NCBI GenBank assembly: GCA_951406725.2
Contig: OX597839.1
Coordinates: forward strand, 25,668,001 to 25,732,000
Origin: Octopus vulgaris
Lineage: Eukaryota
Length of the DNA: 64,000 nucleotides
Direction: 5' to 3'
Shown one piece after another: positions 51,509-63,233 of this stretch. The stretch's first letter is position 1; each line of letters starts with the position of its first letter. The notes beneath the pieces were generated by a model, which was given only the letters and a program-made list of their open reading frames with translations, searched no databases and was not told the DNA's origin. The translations under genes were made by a program, and so were the position numbers.

Positions 51509-52394
51509 CAGCGCTGGATTATCCGTTAAGCAAAATAAGCACAAGTTTAGGACATCAAGGGAAGGGGTGGGGCACCACAGAAATGGTAAATGGTTTACGG
51601 TACAAAAGGCGGCGAGCTGGCAGAAACGTTAGCACGCCGGGCGAAATGCTTAGCGGTATTTCGTCTGCCGTTACATTGTGAGTTCAAATTCCGCCAAGGT
51701 CGACTTTGCCTTTCATTCTTTCGGGGTCGATAAATTAAGTACCAGTTACACACTGGAGTCGATGTAATCGACTTAATCCGTTTGTCTGTCCTTATTTGTC
51801 CCCTCTGTGTTTAGCCCCTTGTGGGTAGTAAAAAAAATAGGTAGTGTACCTCGTGGTGGTTGTGGGCAAAAACCGTTAAGCAAAATAAGCACAGGTTTGG
51901 GACATCAAGGGAAGGGGTGGGGCATCACAGAAATGGTAAATAGTTTACGTTACGAAAAAAAATTACTTTAAATATTCGAAGAGGTTTATATGATCAGAAA
52001 CATGATCTTGAAATGTTCATGGCGTCCTAATGAGGATCTGATCAAAGACTTTGTGATTCAAAAGAAAATAGGAGAAAACTGTTCAAACATAAATAAAAGG
52101 GAAGAATACAAAAATGAACCTTATTTTCCATCTTTCTGTTAGTCTTGTGTCATTTTGAAAAATAAACTTCTACGGTTTACCATTGTTTATATTTTGAATT
52201 ATATATGGGGGGCACCAAAATCTGTTAAGTGCTAAGGGCCTCTATGAGTCTTAATCTAACCCTGGTTGTGGGTCTTGTTTCATTTTGAAAAATTAAAATT
52301 TTATGGTTTACCATTGTTTACATTTTGAATTATATACGGGGGCACCAAAATCTTTTAAGTGCTAAGGGCCTCTACGGGTCTTAGTCCAGCCCTG
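51509..52394. mobile_element. hAT-like MITE with duplicated right end
   Basis: GTTGTGGG|CAGCGCTGGATTA ... TAATCTAACCCTG|GTTGTGGG at 52264; second right end TAGTCCAGCCCTG|GTTGTGAG at 52394. Confidence 0.7.
51606..51840 (+). mobile_element. SINE family B with ~120-bp flanking duplication
   Basis: Full-length copy; 51482-51606 is repeated at 51840-51956. Confidence 0.9.
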
Positions 52395-52674
52395 GTTGTG
52401 AGCTTTGTATTTTGACTTGCAGTTATAAAACTTTTCTGACCGCCAGAGGGGGAGGCTCCCCTAAATGTTCAAGATGGAAGACTGTGAGGAAAGATGTTTA
52501 GAAGGAAGTCTGTCACATATTTCGGATCCTTCGTGGTCTTGTTTTCAGAGGGAAGCCCGTTACATATGAATCCCTTATGGGCAGTAATGGCTTTATTTTT
52601 AAAGAGAAAGCCGAATTCCTCATACCCTGTGAGGCTTTATTTTCACGGAAAGGACCGTCACGTAACCACTAGAC

Positions 52675-52885
52675 CAGTGCTTTTCAAACTTTCTGCTGGA
52701 GCGGAACCCCAAGGAAACATTCCACTGGCTCAAGGAACCCCTGTGCAATAATTTAATAGTCTTATGCACACATATCTGCACAGGAAAATTAAAAATTACT
52801 GTCGATTTTTGTAACTTCTTGCGGAACCCCTGGACTGTACTGGCGGAACCCTAAGGTTCCGTGGAACCCTGGTTGAAAACCACTG
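52675..52885 (+). mobile_element. hAT-type MITE (same family as 45779)
   Basis: Perfect 8-bp TSD CACTAGAC on both sides. Confidence 0.9.
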
Positions 52886-53186
52886 CACTAGACACTCAAA
52901 GGCCGTGAGGTACCAGATATTTCAGTGGGTTCCTCATGAACTGTGGGGCCTTAGTTTTAGAGAGACAGAAGTTCGTCACATATTCACAGGTCTCTACCCT
53001 AGACTGATCAGACATCAGATCGATGGATCAATTGAATAATCCCTCCGATATGTCCTGTGTGTGTGCTTCCGCCAATATGCGTATGTAGATATATGTAGGA
53101 CAGTAAAATCACACCTGTCGATGCTAAATATGTGTGCGCGCGCGAAGATAGGTCGGTGTATGTATATGTATATATATATATATATA

Positions 53187-53348
53187 CCGGAGTAAACACA
53201 TAAATGTGAAACAAGGTGGAAAAAAGAGTACTCAAATACCAGTGGTAGAGTAATATGCTTTATTTTAAGCAGCAAAAACTGTCTGATGAACGGCAACGAG
53301 AAACTCAGAGTAACAGATTTTGTTGAATTTTCTGCTGCTTAAAATAAA

Positions 53349-53353
<5 letters not shown>
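53187..53353 (+). mobile_element. Short Penelope-like/retrozyme-like relic carrying a hammerhead
   Basis: Inverted repeat CTTTATTTTAAGCAGCA / TGCTGCTTAAAATAAAG brackets the ribozyme. The 5' part recurs inverted at ~54838-54913. Sits in (TA)n. Confidence 0.55.
53273..53322 (+). ncRNA. Minimal type I hammerhead ribozyme
   Basis: CAAAAACTGT-CTGATGA-ACG GCAA CGA-GAAA-CTCAGAG-TA-ACAGATTTTG: stem I 9/10 bp, GNRA loop II, near-palindromic stem III, GUA triplet. Confidence 0.7.
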
Positions 53354-53381
<28 letters not shown>

Positions 53382-53382
<1 letters not shown>

Positions 53383-53490
53383 CGTAAATCCTCGAGTATA
53401 ATCCGCATTTCCCCCCAAAATTTAAAGGTCAAAATTCCTAGGGCGTACTATATACGAGGTTAAAAATGAAAATGATTTTCTAAGCAATGT
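53382..53490 (+). mobile_element. Truncated copy of the pogo-type MITE at 10660
   Basis: Matches 10660-10769. Confidence 0.85.
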
Positions 53491-53604
53491 ATATATTGTA
53501 GCTCAGGTATACACACACACACCCACACACACAGAGTATTAGACTTTATGTGTGTGTGTGAAGTCAGAGAGAGAGAGAGAGACACAGACAGACAGACAGA
53601 GATG

Positions 53605-54035
53605 CAGACGTGGCTGTGTGGTAAGAAGTTTGCTTCTCAACCACATGGTTCCGGGTTCAGTCCCACCGTGTGGCACCTTGTGCAAGTGTATTGTACAATA
53701 ACTTCGTGAGTAGATTTGGCAGACGGAAACTGAAAGAAGCCCGTCGTGTGTATTGCATTGTGAGCATGTGTGCGCGTGCCTTCGTGTATACGTTTGTCCC
53801 CCACTACCGCTTGACAACCGGTGCTGGTTTGTTTACGTCCCCGTGACTTTGTGGCTCAACGAAAGAGACTGACAGAATAAATGCCAGGCTTCAAAAAAAA
53901 AAAAAGAAAAAGAAAAACGAAGAAAAGAAAAACAACTAAGACCTGGGGGTCGATCCATTCGACTAAAAATTCCCAAAGGCGGTGCTCCAGCATGGCCGCA
54001 GTCTAATGACGGAAAAAAAGTAAAAGATTAAAGAC
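53605..54035 (+). mobile_element. SINE family A (older variant)
   Basis: Family match. Confidence 0.8.
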
Positions 54036-54543
54036 ACGCGCACATACAGTTGCGTGTATAGCTACAGTTAGCCTGGACAACTGTGCCTGCCATGAAAATC
54101 AATAAAAACTCAACATGTATACTTTATTGCTTATTACACACACACGAACGTATTTGAAACTGGAGACACGACCTGGTAAAAGTGCCGAAAACCCATATTG
54201 ATTATTGCGTGACTTTAAAAGCAGGACCTTCAATCCATCAACCCAAACTCTAGTGAAATTGGTTCATTGGTTTGTAAGATCGATTGTCTCTGAAAACAAA
54301 GGTAGAACCCCGAGATATTTACTAAATATACCGCTTGTATCTATCTATCTAGATCTACATCCATACATCTGTCAATCGATTTATCTATAACGCATACACA
54401 CACACACACGCACGCAGATTCATGACTGAGTGGTGTGTGGGACCATGCTGAAGTGGTCCCTACCAAAGGCTCAAGCTGATCAATAAATTGAAACAGGGGA
54501 GGAAGGAAAACTTACTCAGTTGTGTGTATGAATGTGCCGCACG

Positions 54544-54600
<57 letters not shown>

Positions 54601-54782
54601 GAAATATTAAAATAACTAAGTCTCTCTAAAAGAGAACAGCGGCAGCGTTCCCGGAAAATAATAGTTATATGGATACAGTTTGTGTATCAAATAGCTAACT
54701 TAAGGCGATGGCCTCATGGAGCTAATAAGCGGACAGCTTTTTTCTTATTTTTATAAGAATGCCATATTAGTATGGCGATAAC

Positions 54783-54832
<50 letters not shown>

Positions 54833-54912
54833 TTTATTTAAAGCATATTACTCTACCACTGGTATTTGAGTACTCTTTTTTCCACCTTGTTTCACATTTA
54901 TGTGTTTACTCC

Positions 54913-54960
<48 letters not shown>

Positions 54961-55147
54961 ATTAAGGGTTTAGCAACGATTTGCCTCACCACACACCGAA
55001 TTTAGAAATAGCAGTCAAAAAGTTTTGGCTATTCTTTCTATTACTTAGTATTACTTAAACCTTCCTTGAATGGGTCTTTTACATGCCGAACTCTACTTGG
55101 TGAAATTAATGATTATTTCTAAATTAATTAATTTCACCCTTTATTAT

Positions 55148-55220
<73 letters not shown>

Positions 55221-55727
55221 CATACATACATACACACACATACAGGTATGCGCGTGTGTGAAAGTAAATATGACACAAAAACTTCTCTCACAACGCATAA
55301 GAAACATGTTTATATTCCTTATCATAGATAAAACGTGGAGGTGTGATTACACCCTCCAGTTTATCAAATTTTATATCAATGTATCTTAACCATTATATAA
55401 CATTTTCCCCCTGTCTCCCTCACGATCTATGCGTGTAATGTTCATACAGAGAGAGTGGGGAGACAGGTGCGTATGTATATACATATACACTCACACACAC
55501 ATGCGTATATATGTTTATAGACACAGACACACAAAACAACGGAAACTGCTTGTTTATAATCACGGAAATTTTTTATCAAACGGTTATTGTTATCACAATT
55601 AGCAGGTCCCAAAACAGGTCCCAGAATATTGATATACCCCCCACCCCTGCTTAACTTAATGCTGTCATTTCCAAAGGGATCATAAAAAGTGACTTCCACT
55701 GATTGTGTATAAATATGTGTGTGTGTG

Positions 55728-56040
55728 TGAAGGCGCGTGGCTCAGTGGTTAGAGCGTCGAGCTTACGATCGTGAGGTTGTGAGTTCGAATCCTGGACCGG
55801 GCTGCGTGTTGTGTTCTTGAGCAAGACACTTTATTTCACGTTGCTCCAGTTCACTCAGCTGTAGAAATGAGTTGTGACATCACTGGTGTCAAGCTGTATC
55901 GGCCCCTTTGCTTTTCCCTTGGGTAACATTGGTGGGGCGGAGATGAGAAGGCTGGTATGCATGGTCGACTGCTGGACTTGTACCTCGAGGGTAACTTTCA
56001 AGGTGCAATCCCATGGTCATCCGTGACCGAAGGGGGTCTC
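55728..56040 (+). mobile_element. SINE family D
   Basis: Matches 25987-26323. Confidence 0.85.
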
Positions 56041-56388
56041 CTCTGTGTGTGTACGAGTGTATATCTATGCATGTATATATATTTAACGGTTGTTGCTGCT
56101 ATCGTTTAACCCCAGGTCAGCCCTAACCAGGTCAGTCCTATCATCAAAGCCATTTAAACTTCTGATCAGTTTAAAAGAGTTTGTGCTTCCTTTTATAACA
56201 CAAATAGTAATTAGAATGGATGTGGCTGCTATTTCTGAGAAGTCGGGCGACCAGTAAAGGCACCTCGGTGGAATACAACAAGCGCGTGCGCGCACACACA
56301 CAGCTTGTATATATATTGTAGCTTAGGTATACACACACACACACACAGTATTAGACTTTATGTGCGTGTGTGTGAAGTCTGTATGTAT

Positions 56389-56542
56389 GTGGCTGTGTGG
56401 TAAGTAGCTTGCTAACCAACCACATGGTTCTGGGTTCAGTCCCACTGCGTGGCATTTTGGGCAAGTGTCTTATGCTATAGCCCCGGACCGACCAATGCCT
56501 TGTGAGTGGATTTGGTAGACAGAAACTGAAAGAAGCCTGTCG

Positions 56543-56578
<36 letters not shown>

Positions 56579-56800
56579 TGTGTGTGTATGTGTTTGTGTG
56601 TCTGTGTTTGTCCCCCTAGCATTGCTTGACAACCGATGCTGGTGTGTTTACGTCCCCGTCACTTAGCGGTTCGGCAAAAACAGACCGATAGAATAAGTAC
56701 TGGGCTTACAAAGAATAAGTCCCGGGGTCGATTTGCTCGACTAAAGGTGGTGCTCCAGCATGGCCGCAGTCAAATGACTGAAACAAGTGAAAGAGTAAAG
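56389..56800 (+). mobile_element. SINE family A
   Basis: Near full-length. Confidence 0.9.
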
Positions 56801-57645
56801 AGTATATATACGAGTCAAATAGGTCTATGTATAACAGTTTGTAAGTATGTATACGTATGTGTATGTGAGTGTCTGTATGCATGTATGTATAAGCATGTGT
56901 CTGAATGGGTGTGTATATGTATACATGTACTTTCACTTCCCGAACTTTCTACTAACTTGCTCCAACTTCCATTTTCACACACGCAATTTTCGTTTTTCTT
57001 TTCTTTTTTCCTTTTCTCTCTCCCAATCAACATTACATCACTATCAGCTATCATTAACCACATTACTTTAAACTGTAGCCCTCCTAAAATCGGTACCAGG
57101 TCTTTAATTGTGTATATATATATATTCAAGATTAATCAGCCGAAATTGCGAAGATGATCCGGGTCTTGACTGATGATTGAGCGCTTCGAATGTCCCGTCC
57201 TGTGTTTCTTGTGTCGTCTTCTAAATGTTTCACGTTCTTGTCCCAGTTTGTATATATTTTTTTACTTTTACATATATATATATATATATATTCGTAAGTG
57301 CGCACGTTTTAATAAATAAACGTTGACATTTTCAGTTTCAATACAGAATTTTATTTATTGTGAGTGACTTTGCACTATTTTCTCTGGACACTGAATTCAG
57401 AGTGTATGTATGTATATATTTATATATATATAAAATAAAATACAAAATGGGACAAGATCGCAAAACATCCGGACAACTAGGTGATACAAAAAGGGACAGC
57501 AAAACATCCGAAGAGATGGTGTTGTGGATTTCCACTTCGGCATCCGAAACTCAGAGTTTTATCTTGGCTATTGAATAATTGTCACATATTAATTTACAGA
57601 TATATATATATATATATATATTAGGAAGTTAAATGTTTTGGCCGG

Positions 57646-57720
57646 TCGTAGAGTGACCATTGACTTCGCACCCAAGAAGCGCTTGGCAGTTGAGGCGATT
57701 CGTCAGACTCAAATGGACGA
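57646..57720 (-). ncRNA. Hammerhead-like motif with A15.1G variant, sense to the BICDR intron
   Basis: Minus strand TCGT-CCATTT-GAGT-CTGACGA-...-GAAG-TCAATGG-TC-ACTC-T-ACGA: bulged stem I and GUC triplet. Confidence 0.5.
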
Positions 57721-57848
57721 TACACACCCATATACCCAGGTATATAGGTATATATAAATATATATAGACATATACATATACACACATGTATATGCGTGTG
57801 TGTGTGTGTGTGGAAAGAGGTGTGTATGTATACACACAATATGCATGC

Positions 57849-57901
<53 letters not shown>

Positions 57902-58029
57902 CACATATATAATACACCCCCCCACACACACACACGTATGTTTGTATACTTTTGTATAAATACAGGCCGAGTTCATCGTAACATCTCAACACACAACAGA
58001 AACCGAGTACAAAGTTTACAGAGTAACAA

Positions 58030-58500
58030 ATACATACATACGTAAATATACATACATACACATATATACATACACATATACATATACATACATATATTCA
58101 TATACATACACATATATACATATACATACATACATGCACATACATATATTCATATACATACACATATATACATACACATACATATATTCATATACATACA
58201 CATATATACATATACATACATACATGCACATACATATACATACACATACATACATATACATACATATATTCATATACATACATATATTCATATACATACA
58301 CATATATACATATACATACACACATGCACATACATATACATACACATATATTCATACACATACATATATTCATATACATACACATATATACATATACATA
58401 CACACATGCACATACATATACATACATATATTCATATACATACATATATACATCATACATATACATACAAACATATATATATATATATACACACACACAG
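58030..58500. repeat. (TACA/TA)n microsatellite
   Basis: Directly visible. Confidence 0.95.
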
Positions 58501-58602
58501 ACATCCCACTGTCAAGACAAAGAAATTACCAGAAAAATTAATAAAACTAATGTTATTAATAGTAACAGATAAGTAATTAAAGCAATAATTCCATTTACTT
58601 AC

Positions 58603-58881
58603 ATCAATTTTTAGCGTATATTCCTCCACTAACGTTTCGTTTTTTCGCAGAAGTTCATCATTTTTTTCCAAGAGGGCCTTACCAAGTTCTGCAGCCAGGA
58701 TTAGATCCCGGTCCTTTTGGGCGAGCTGCGCGAAGACATCGTCCTCGGGCAACTCCTTAGCATTTTGAAATTCCATGTCGATTAAATGGTAGTAATCCTC
58801 CAATTCTAGCGAAACATCCTTCCTGGTAGCATACTTCGATCTGCGGCTGCTGTTGTTACGTTGCAAAGAACACGAACACAT
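58603..58881 (-). CDS. BICDL1: First coding exon of a Bicaudal-D-related dynein cargo adaptor (BICDR/BICDL1-like)
   Basis: Reads DDVFAQLAQKDRDLILAAELGKALLEKNDELLRKNETLVEEYTLKID, a coiled coil with the CC1 box AAxxG. Ends phase 0 at a perfect GTAAGT donor (58602-58597). Start Met at 58881 or 58776. CDR2, HAP1 and TRAK are related alternatives. Confidence 0.8.
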
Positions 58882-59119
58882 GACATTAACAACAACAACG
58901 AGAATAAATGGATGTGTCCAACAGTTCGGACGGACACCGACTCGCGGGAAAACACAGAAAAATAAAAAAAATCCGTCTTTCTTTTCGTTTTTGCAAACCA
59001 AAGTTACCGCAACAAGAACACAGGAAACTTTTCAAATCCGTTCCTTGGTCCCTAATTCCTGCGATATGTCCTCTCTTGTAATTAAATAAATCCCTTTTCG
59101 TCCTCTGTCCTTTCAAACG

Positions 59120-59205
59120 TGTGTGTGTGTGTGTAAGGATGTATCTACCTGTGTGTGTAAAGATGTATCTACTTGTGTGTGTAAGGATGTATCTACCTGT
59201 ATATA
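59120..59205. repeat. 3 x ~24-bp GTGTGTAAGGATGTATCTACCTGT
   Basis: Directly visible. Confidence 0.8.
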
Positions 59206-60801
59206 ATTTGTCCTCGAAGGCAAACAACTGTCCTGGATGAAATGAAATCAAACTACAACAAAATCAAGTTTCTCGACTTTTTTCTTCTTCTTGGCTTTAA
59301 TTTTAACTTGTTGTTTGCACTTATTCATTATTTTATTTCTTATTAATCTATGTTTATTTATTTACCGTCTTTCGCTTCCTCCATGTCACACCTAATTCAC
59401 TTTTACTCAACGGGGATCTGTTTTTTCCGCTAACAGCCATTTGACGCGTTATCTGGTCTCCAGGTTGACTAAATTATTATGTACCTGTATGTATACACGC
59501 ACAAACAATATACACTTCACACACATTTATGTAATACGCCCACATATATAGTTATACATGTGTGTGTGTGTGTGCAGGTATAGATATATAGGTATATATG
59601 CACACACACAATGTATACACAGAGATATACTCGACGAGCAGTGATAGTCTCTTACCTCTACCTGAGTAACCACTTTACAAGTGACGGATCCAGCTCTTTA
59701 CAGGTGAGAGAGACGACGACGGGCACACACAGACACACGCACACACAGGTGTGTGCGTGTGTCTGTGTGTAAAGGTGTGTTTTTTTTTTCCTTCCTAATG
59801 CAGTTGTGAAAAGGTTGCACAACAAGATTGAAACATAGAGAAGAAAGTTAAACAGGCAGCTATACGAATGTCATGAAATGAACCATTGAAGAAAAAAAAG
59901 GTGAAGAAAATACGAGAGAGAGAGAGAGCGAGAGAGAGATCGTCCCAAACAGAAATTAATACAAATTGATTTTTAAAGAAAACTAAGAGAAAGCTGAATA
60001 AAATATAAAAGAAGCAGTTGAGTAAATGTGGTGAACTAGAAGGAAGGTAAACGTCCCAAACAGAAAGTAAAACAAATATTTTAAATAATGATTAAATAGT
60101 AAATATGATAAGCTGTTGAGTAAATGTAATAAAATAAGGGGGAATATTGAAAGAGGGGCAAAGAAAGCGGCCCAAACAGAAATTAAATTACACAGGTATA
60201 CGTTTTGGGTTTTTTTGTTTAATAGAAAATATAAGAAGCAGCTAAGTAAATGTGAAATATAATTTGATGCTATAGGAATATATATTAAAAAAAAGTCCCA
60301 AAAAAGAAAAGAAATCGTCTTTAAACATAAATAATGTTGCTAATAATTAAATAAGGAAGAAGAGTTGGGAAAGTTTGTCTTTCCATGACACAACACTTCG
60401 GTGTGTGTGTGTGTATAAATGTGTGATGACAGAGGAAGAGATGAGAAGAGAGAGAAGTTATTGTTGCTTGTGATGTGAGTATGAAAGTAGATTCAGGTAC
60501 AAGTGTGTGTTTGTGTGAGTTTATAGCTGAAATAGTTATAAAATCATTAAGGCGGTTGTCTTCAAACTGTGTTGGCCAGAGGCAATGTGTGTTTGTGTGT
60601 GTGTCTCTCTCTCTCTTCTCCATCGCTCAACTCGATGACATGAACAAGAGAGAGAGAAAAAGAGAAAGTTAGCATTACTTTATTTCATTCTCTTTCTCTC
60701 TCTCTCTCTCTCTTTCTTTCTCTCTCCTTCTCTCTGCCTGTCTATCACTTGCTTGTTGGTCGGTGATAGTAATTATTATGTCCAAATTGTATGCCGAGAG
60801 C

Positions 60802-60867
<66 letters not shown>

Positions 60868-60917
60868 GTATAACTCTTTACTTGTAACTCTTTACTTGTA
60901 GGTTGTTGTTGTTGTTG

Positions 60918-60955
<38 letters not shown>

Positions 60956-61475
60956 TGTTATGCTCGCCTCTCCTTCCCTTTTTAAAAGGTTGATCTTTTT
61001 GCATAATTTAATTTGATTTTGTAACGGTATTCTGTCAGAAGAGGAGGGGGGTGCGTCTGTGTGCGTGAGTGCGAGAGAGAAAATGTGTGTGTGTGTGTTT
61101 AATGATGCTGGTGATTATGTGCAATTAGCAGCTTGTGCAAATCTGCTCGGTGTTTCGGTCTACACGTGCTCACAGGTAAACGTGGAAGGAAAGAGAGAGA
61201 GAGAGAGAGAGAGAAAGAAGAAAGAATGACAGAGGAAATACATAGAGAAAGAGATAGGAAAAGAAGAAAGTAATGCGGATTAAGAGAGAGAGAGAGAGAA
61301 CGAAAGAACGAGAGAGAGGGAAAGCGAAGGCAAGTCTCTGGTCTTCTCGCATTTCGAATCCCATTTAGGATGTTCAAATGAATTAAATAATCTCCAGTAA
61401 TTAGACTTGGTTTTAGCAACGACCTCCCCTCCGTCCTGTACTTTTAACAAACGGCGGAGCGGACTTGAGCGACGG

Positions 61476-63233
61476 TTTGAACTCAGAACGTAGCTTGTTA
61501 ACGGTTTTCAAATTTTTCCAAAAGGTTGGCAATTTGGAGCGAAGGGGTTAATTCGATTACATCGACCCCCAGTGCTCAACTGGTGTTTATTTCATTGACC
61601 CCAAATGAATGAAAGGCGATGTCGACTGCGGGATTTGAACTCAGAACGTAGCTTGTTAACGGTTTTCAAATTTTTCCAAAAGGTTGGCAATTTGGAGCGA
61701 AGGGGTTAATTCGATTACATCGACCCCAGTGCTCAACTGGTGTTTATTTCATTGACCCCCGAATGAATGAAAGGCGATGTCGACCGCGGGATTTGAACTC
61801 AGAACGTAGCTTGTTAACGGTTTTCAAATTTTTCCAAAAGGTTGGCAATTTGGAGCGAAGGGGTTAATTCAATTACATCGACCCCAGTGCTCAACTGGTG
61901 TTTATTTCATTGACCCCCGAATGAATGAAAGGCGATGTCGACCACATGATTTGAACTCAGAACGTAGCTTGTTAACGGTTTTCAAATTTTTCCAAAAGGT
62001 TGGCAATTTGGAGCGAAGGGGTTGTTAATTCAATTACATCGACCCCAGTGCTCAACTGGTGTTTATTTCATTGACCCCGAATGAATGAAAGGCGATGTCG
62101 ACCGCGGGATTTGAACTCAGAACGTAGCTTGTTAACGGTTTTCAAATTTTTCCAAAAGGTTGGCAATTTGGAGCGATGGGGTTAATTTGATTACATCGAC
62201 CCCCAGTGCTCAACTGGTGTTTATTTCATTGACCCCCGAATGAATGAAAGGCGATGTCAACTGCGGGATTTGAACTCAGAACGTAGCTTGTTAACGGTTT
62301 TCAAATTTTTCCAAAAGGTTGGCAATTTGGAGCGAAGGGGTTAATTCGATTACATCGACCCCAGTGCTCAACTGGTGTTTATTTCATTGACCCCCGAATG
62401 AATGAAAGGCGATGTCGACCGCGGGATTTGAACTCAGAACGTAGCTTGTTAACGGTTTTCAAATTTTTCCAAAAGGTTGGCAATTTGGAGCGAAGGGTTA
62501 ATTCGATTACATCGACCCCAGTGCTCAACTGGTGTTTATTTCATTGACCCCGAATGAATGAAAGGCGATGTCGACTGCGGATTTGAACTCAGAACGTAGC
62601 TTGTTAACGGTTTTCAAATTTTTCCAAAAGGTTGGCAATTTGGAGCGAAGGGTTAATTCGATTACATCGACCCCAGTGCTCAACTGGTGTTTATTTCATT
62701 GACCCCCGAATGAATGAAAAGCGATGTCGACCACATGATTTGAACTCAGAACGTAGCTTGTTAACGGTTTTCAAATTTTTCCAAAAGGTTGGCAATTTGG
62801 AGCGAAGGGGTTGTTAATTCAATTACATCGACCCCAGTGCTCAACTGGTGTTTATTTCATTGACCCCCGAATGAATGAAAGGCGATGTCGACCGCGGGAT
62901 TTGAACTCAGAACGTAGCTTGTTAACGGTTTTCAAATTTTTCCAAAAGGTTGGCAATTTGGAGCGAAGGGGGTTAATTCGATTACATCGACCCCAGTGCT
63001 CAACTGGTGTTTATTTCATTGACCCCGAATGAATGAAAGGCGATGTCGACCGCAGGATTTGAACTCAGAACGTAGCTTCTTAACGGTTTTCAAATTTTTC
63101 CAAAAGGTTGGCAATTTGGAGCGATGGGGTTAATTCGATTACATCGACCCCCAGTGCTCAACTGGTGTTTATTTCATTGACCCCCGAATGAATGAAAGGC
63201 GATGTCAACTGCGGGATTTGAACTCAGAACGTA
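61476..63233 (-). repeat. 11 x ~158-bp satellite derived from the SINE family B body
   Basis: Units start at 61479, 61637, 61795, 61953, 62113, 62272, 62430, 62585, 62742, 62903 and 63061. The last unit runs into the SINE head at 63220-63298. Confidence 0.95.

Noticed and set aside
59640-59710. Upstream non-coding exon (minus-strand AG|GTAAG at ~59655)
   Set aside because: A donor-like motif alone is insufficient without transcript evidence.
61476-63233. CRISPR array
   Set aside because: 158-bp units without spacers, homologous to SINE family B.
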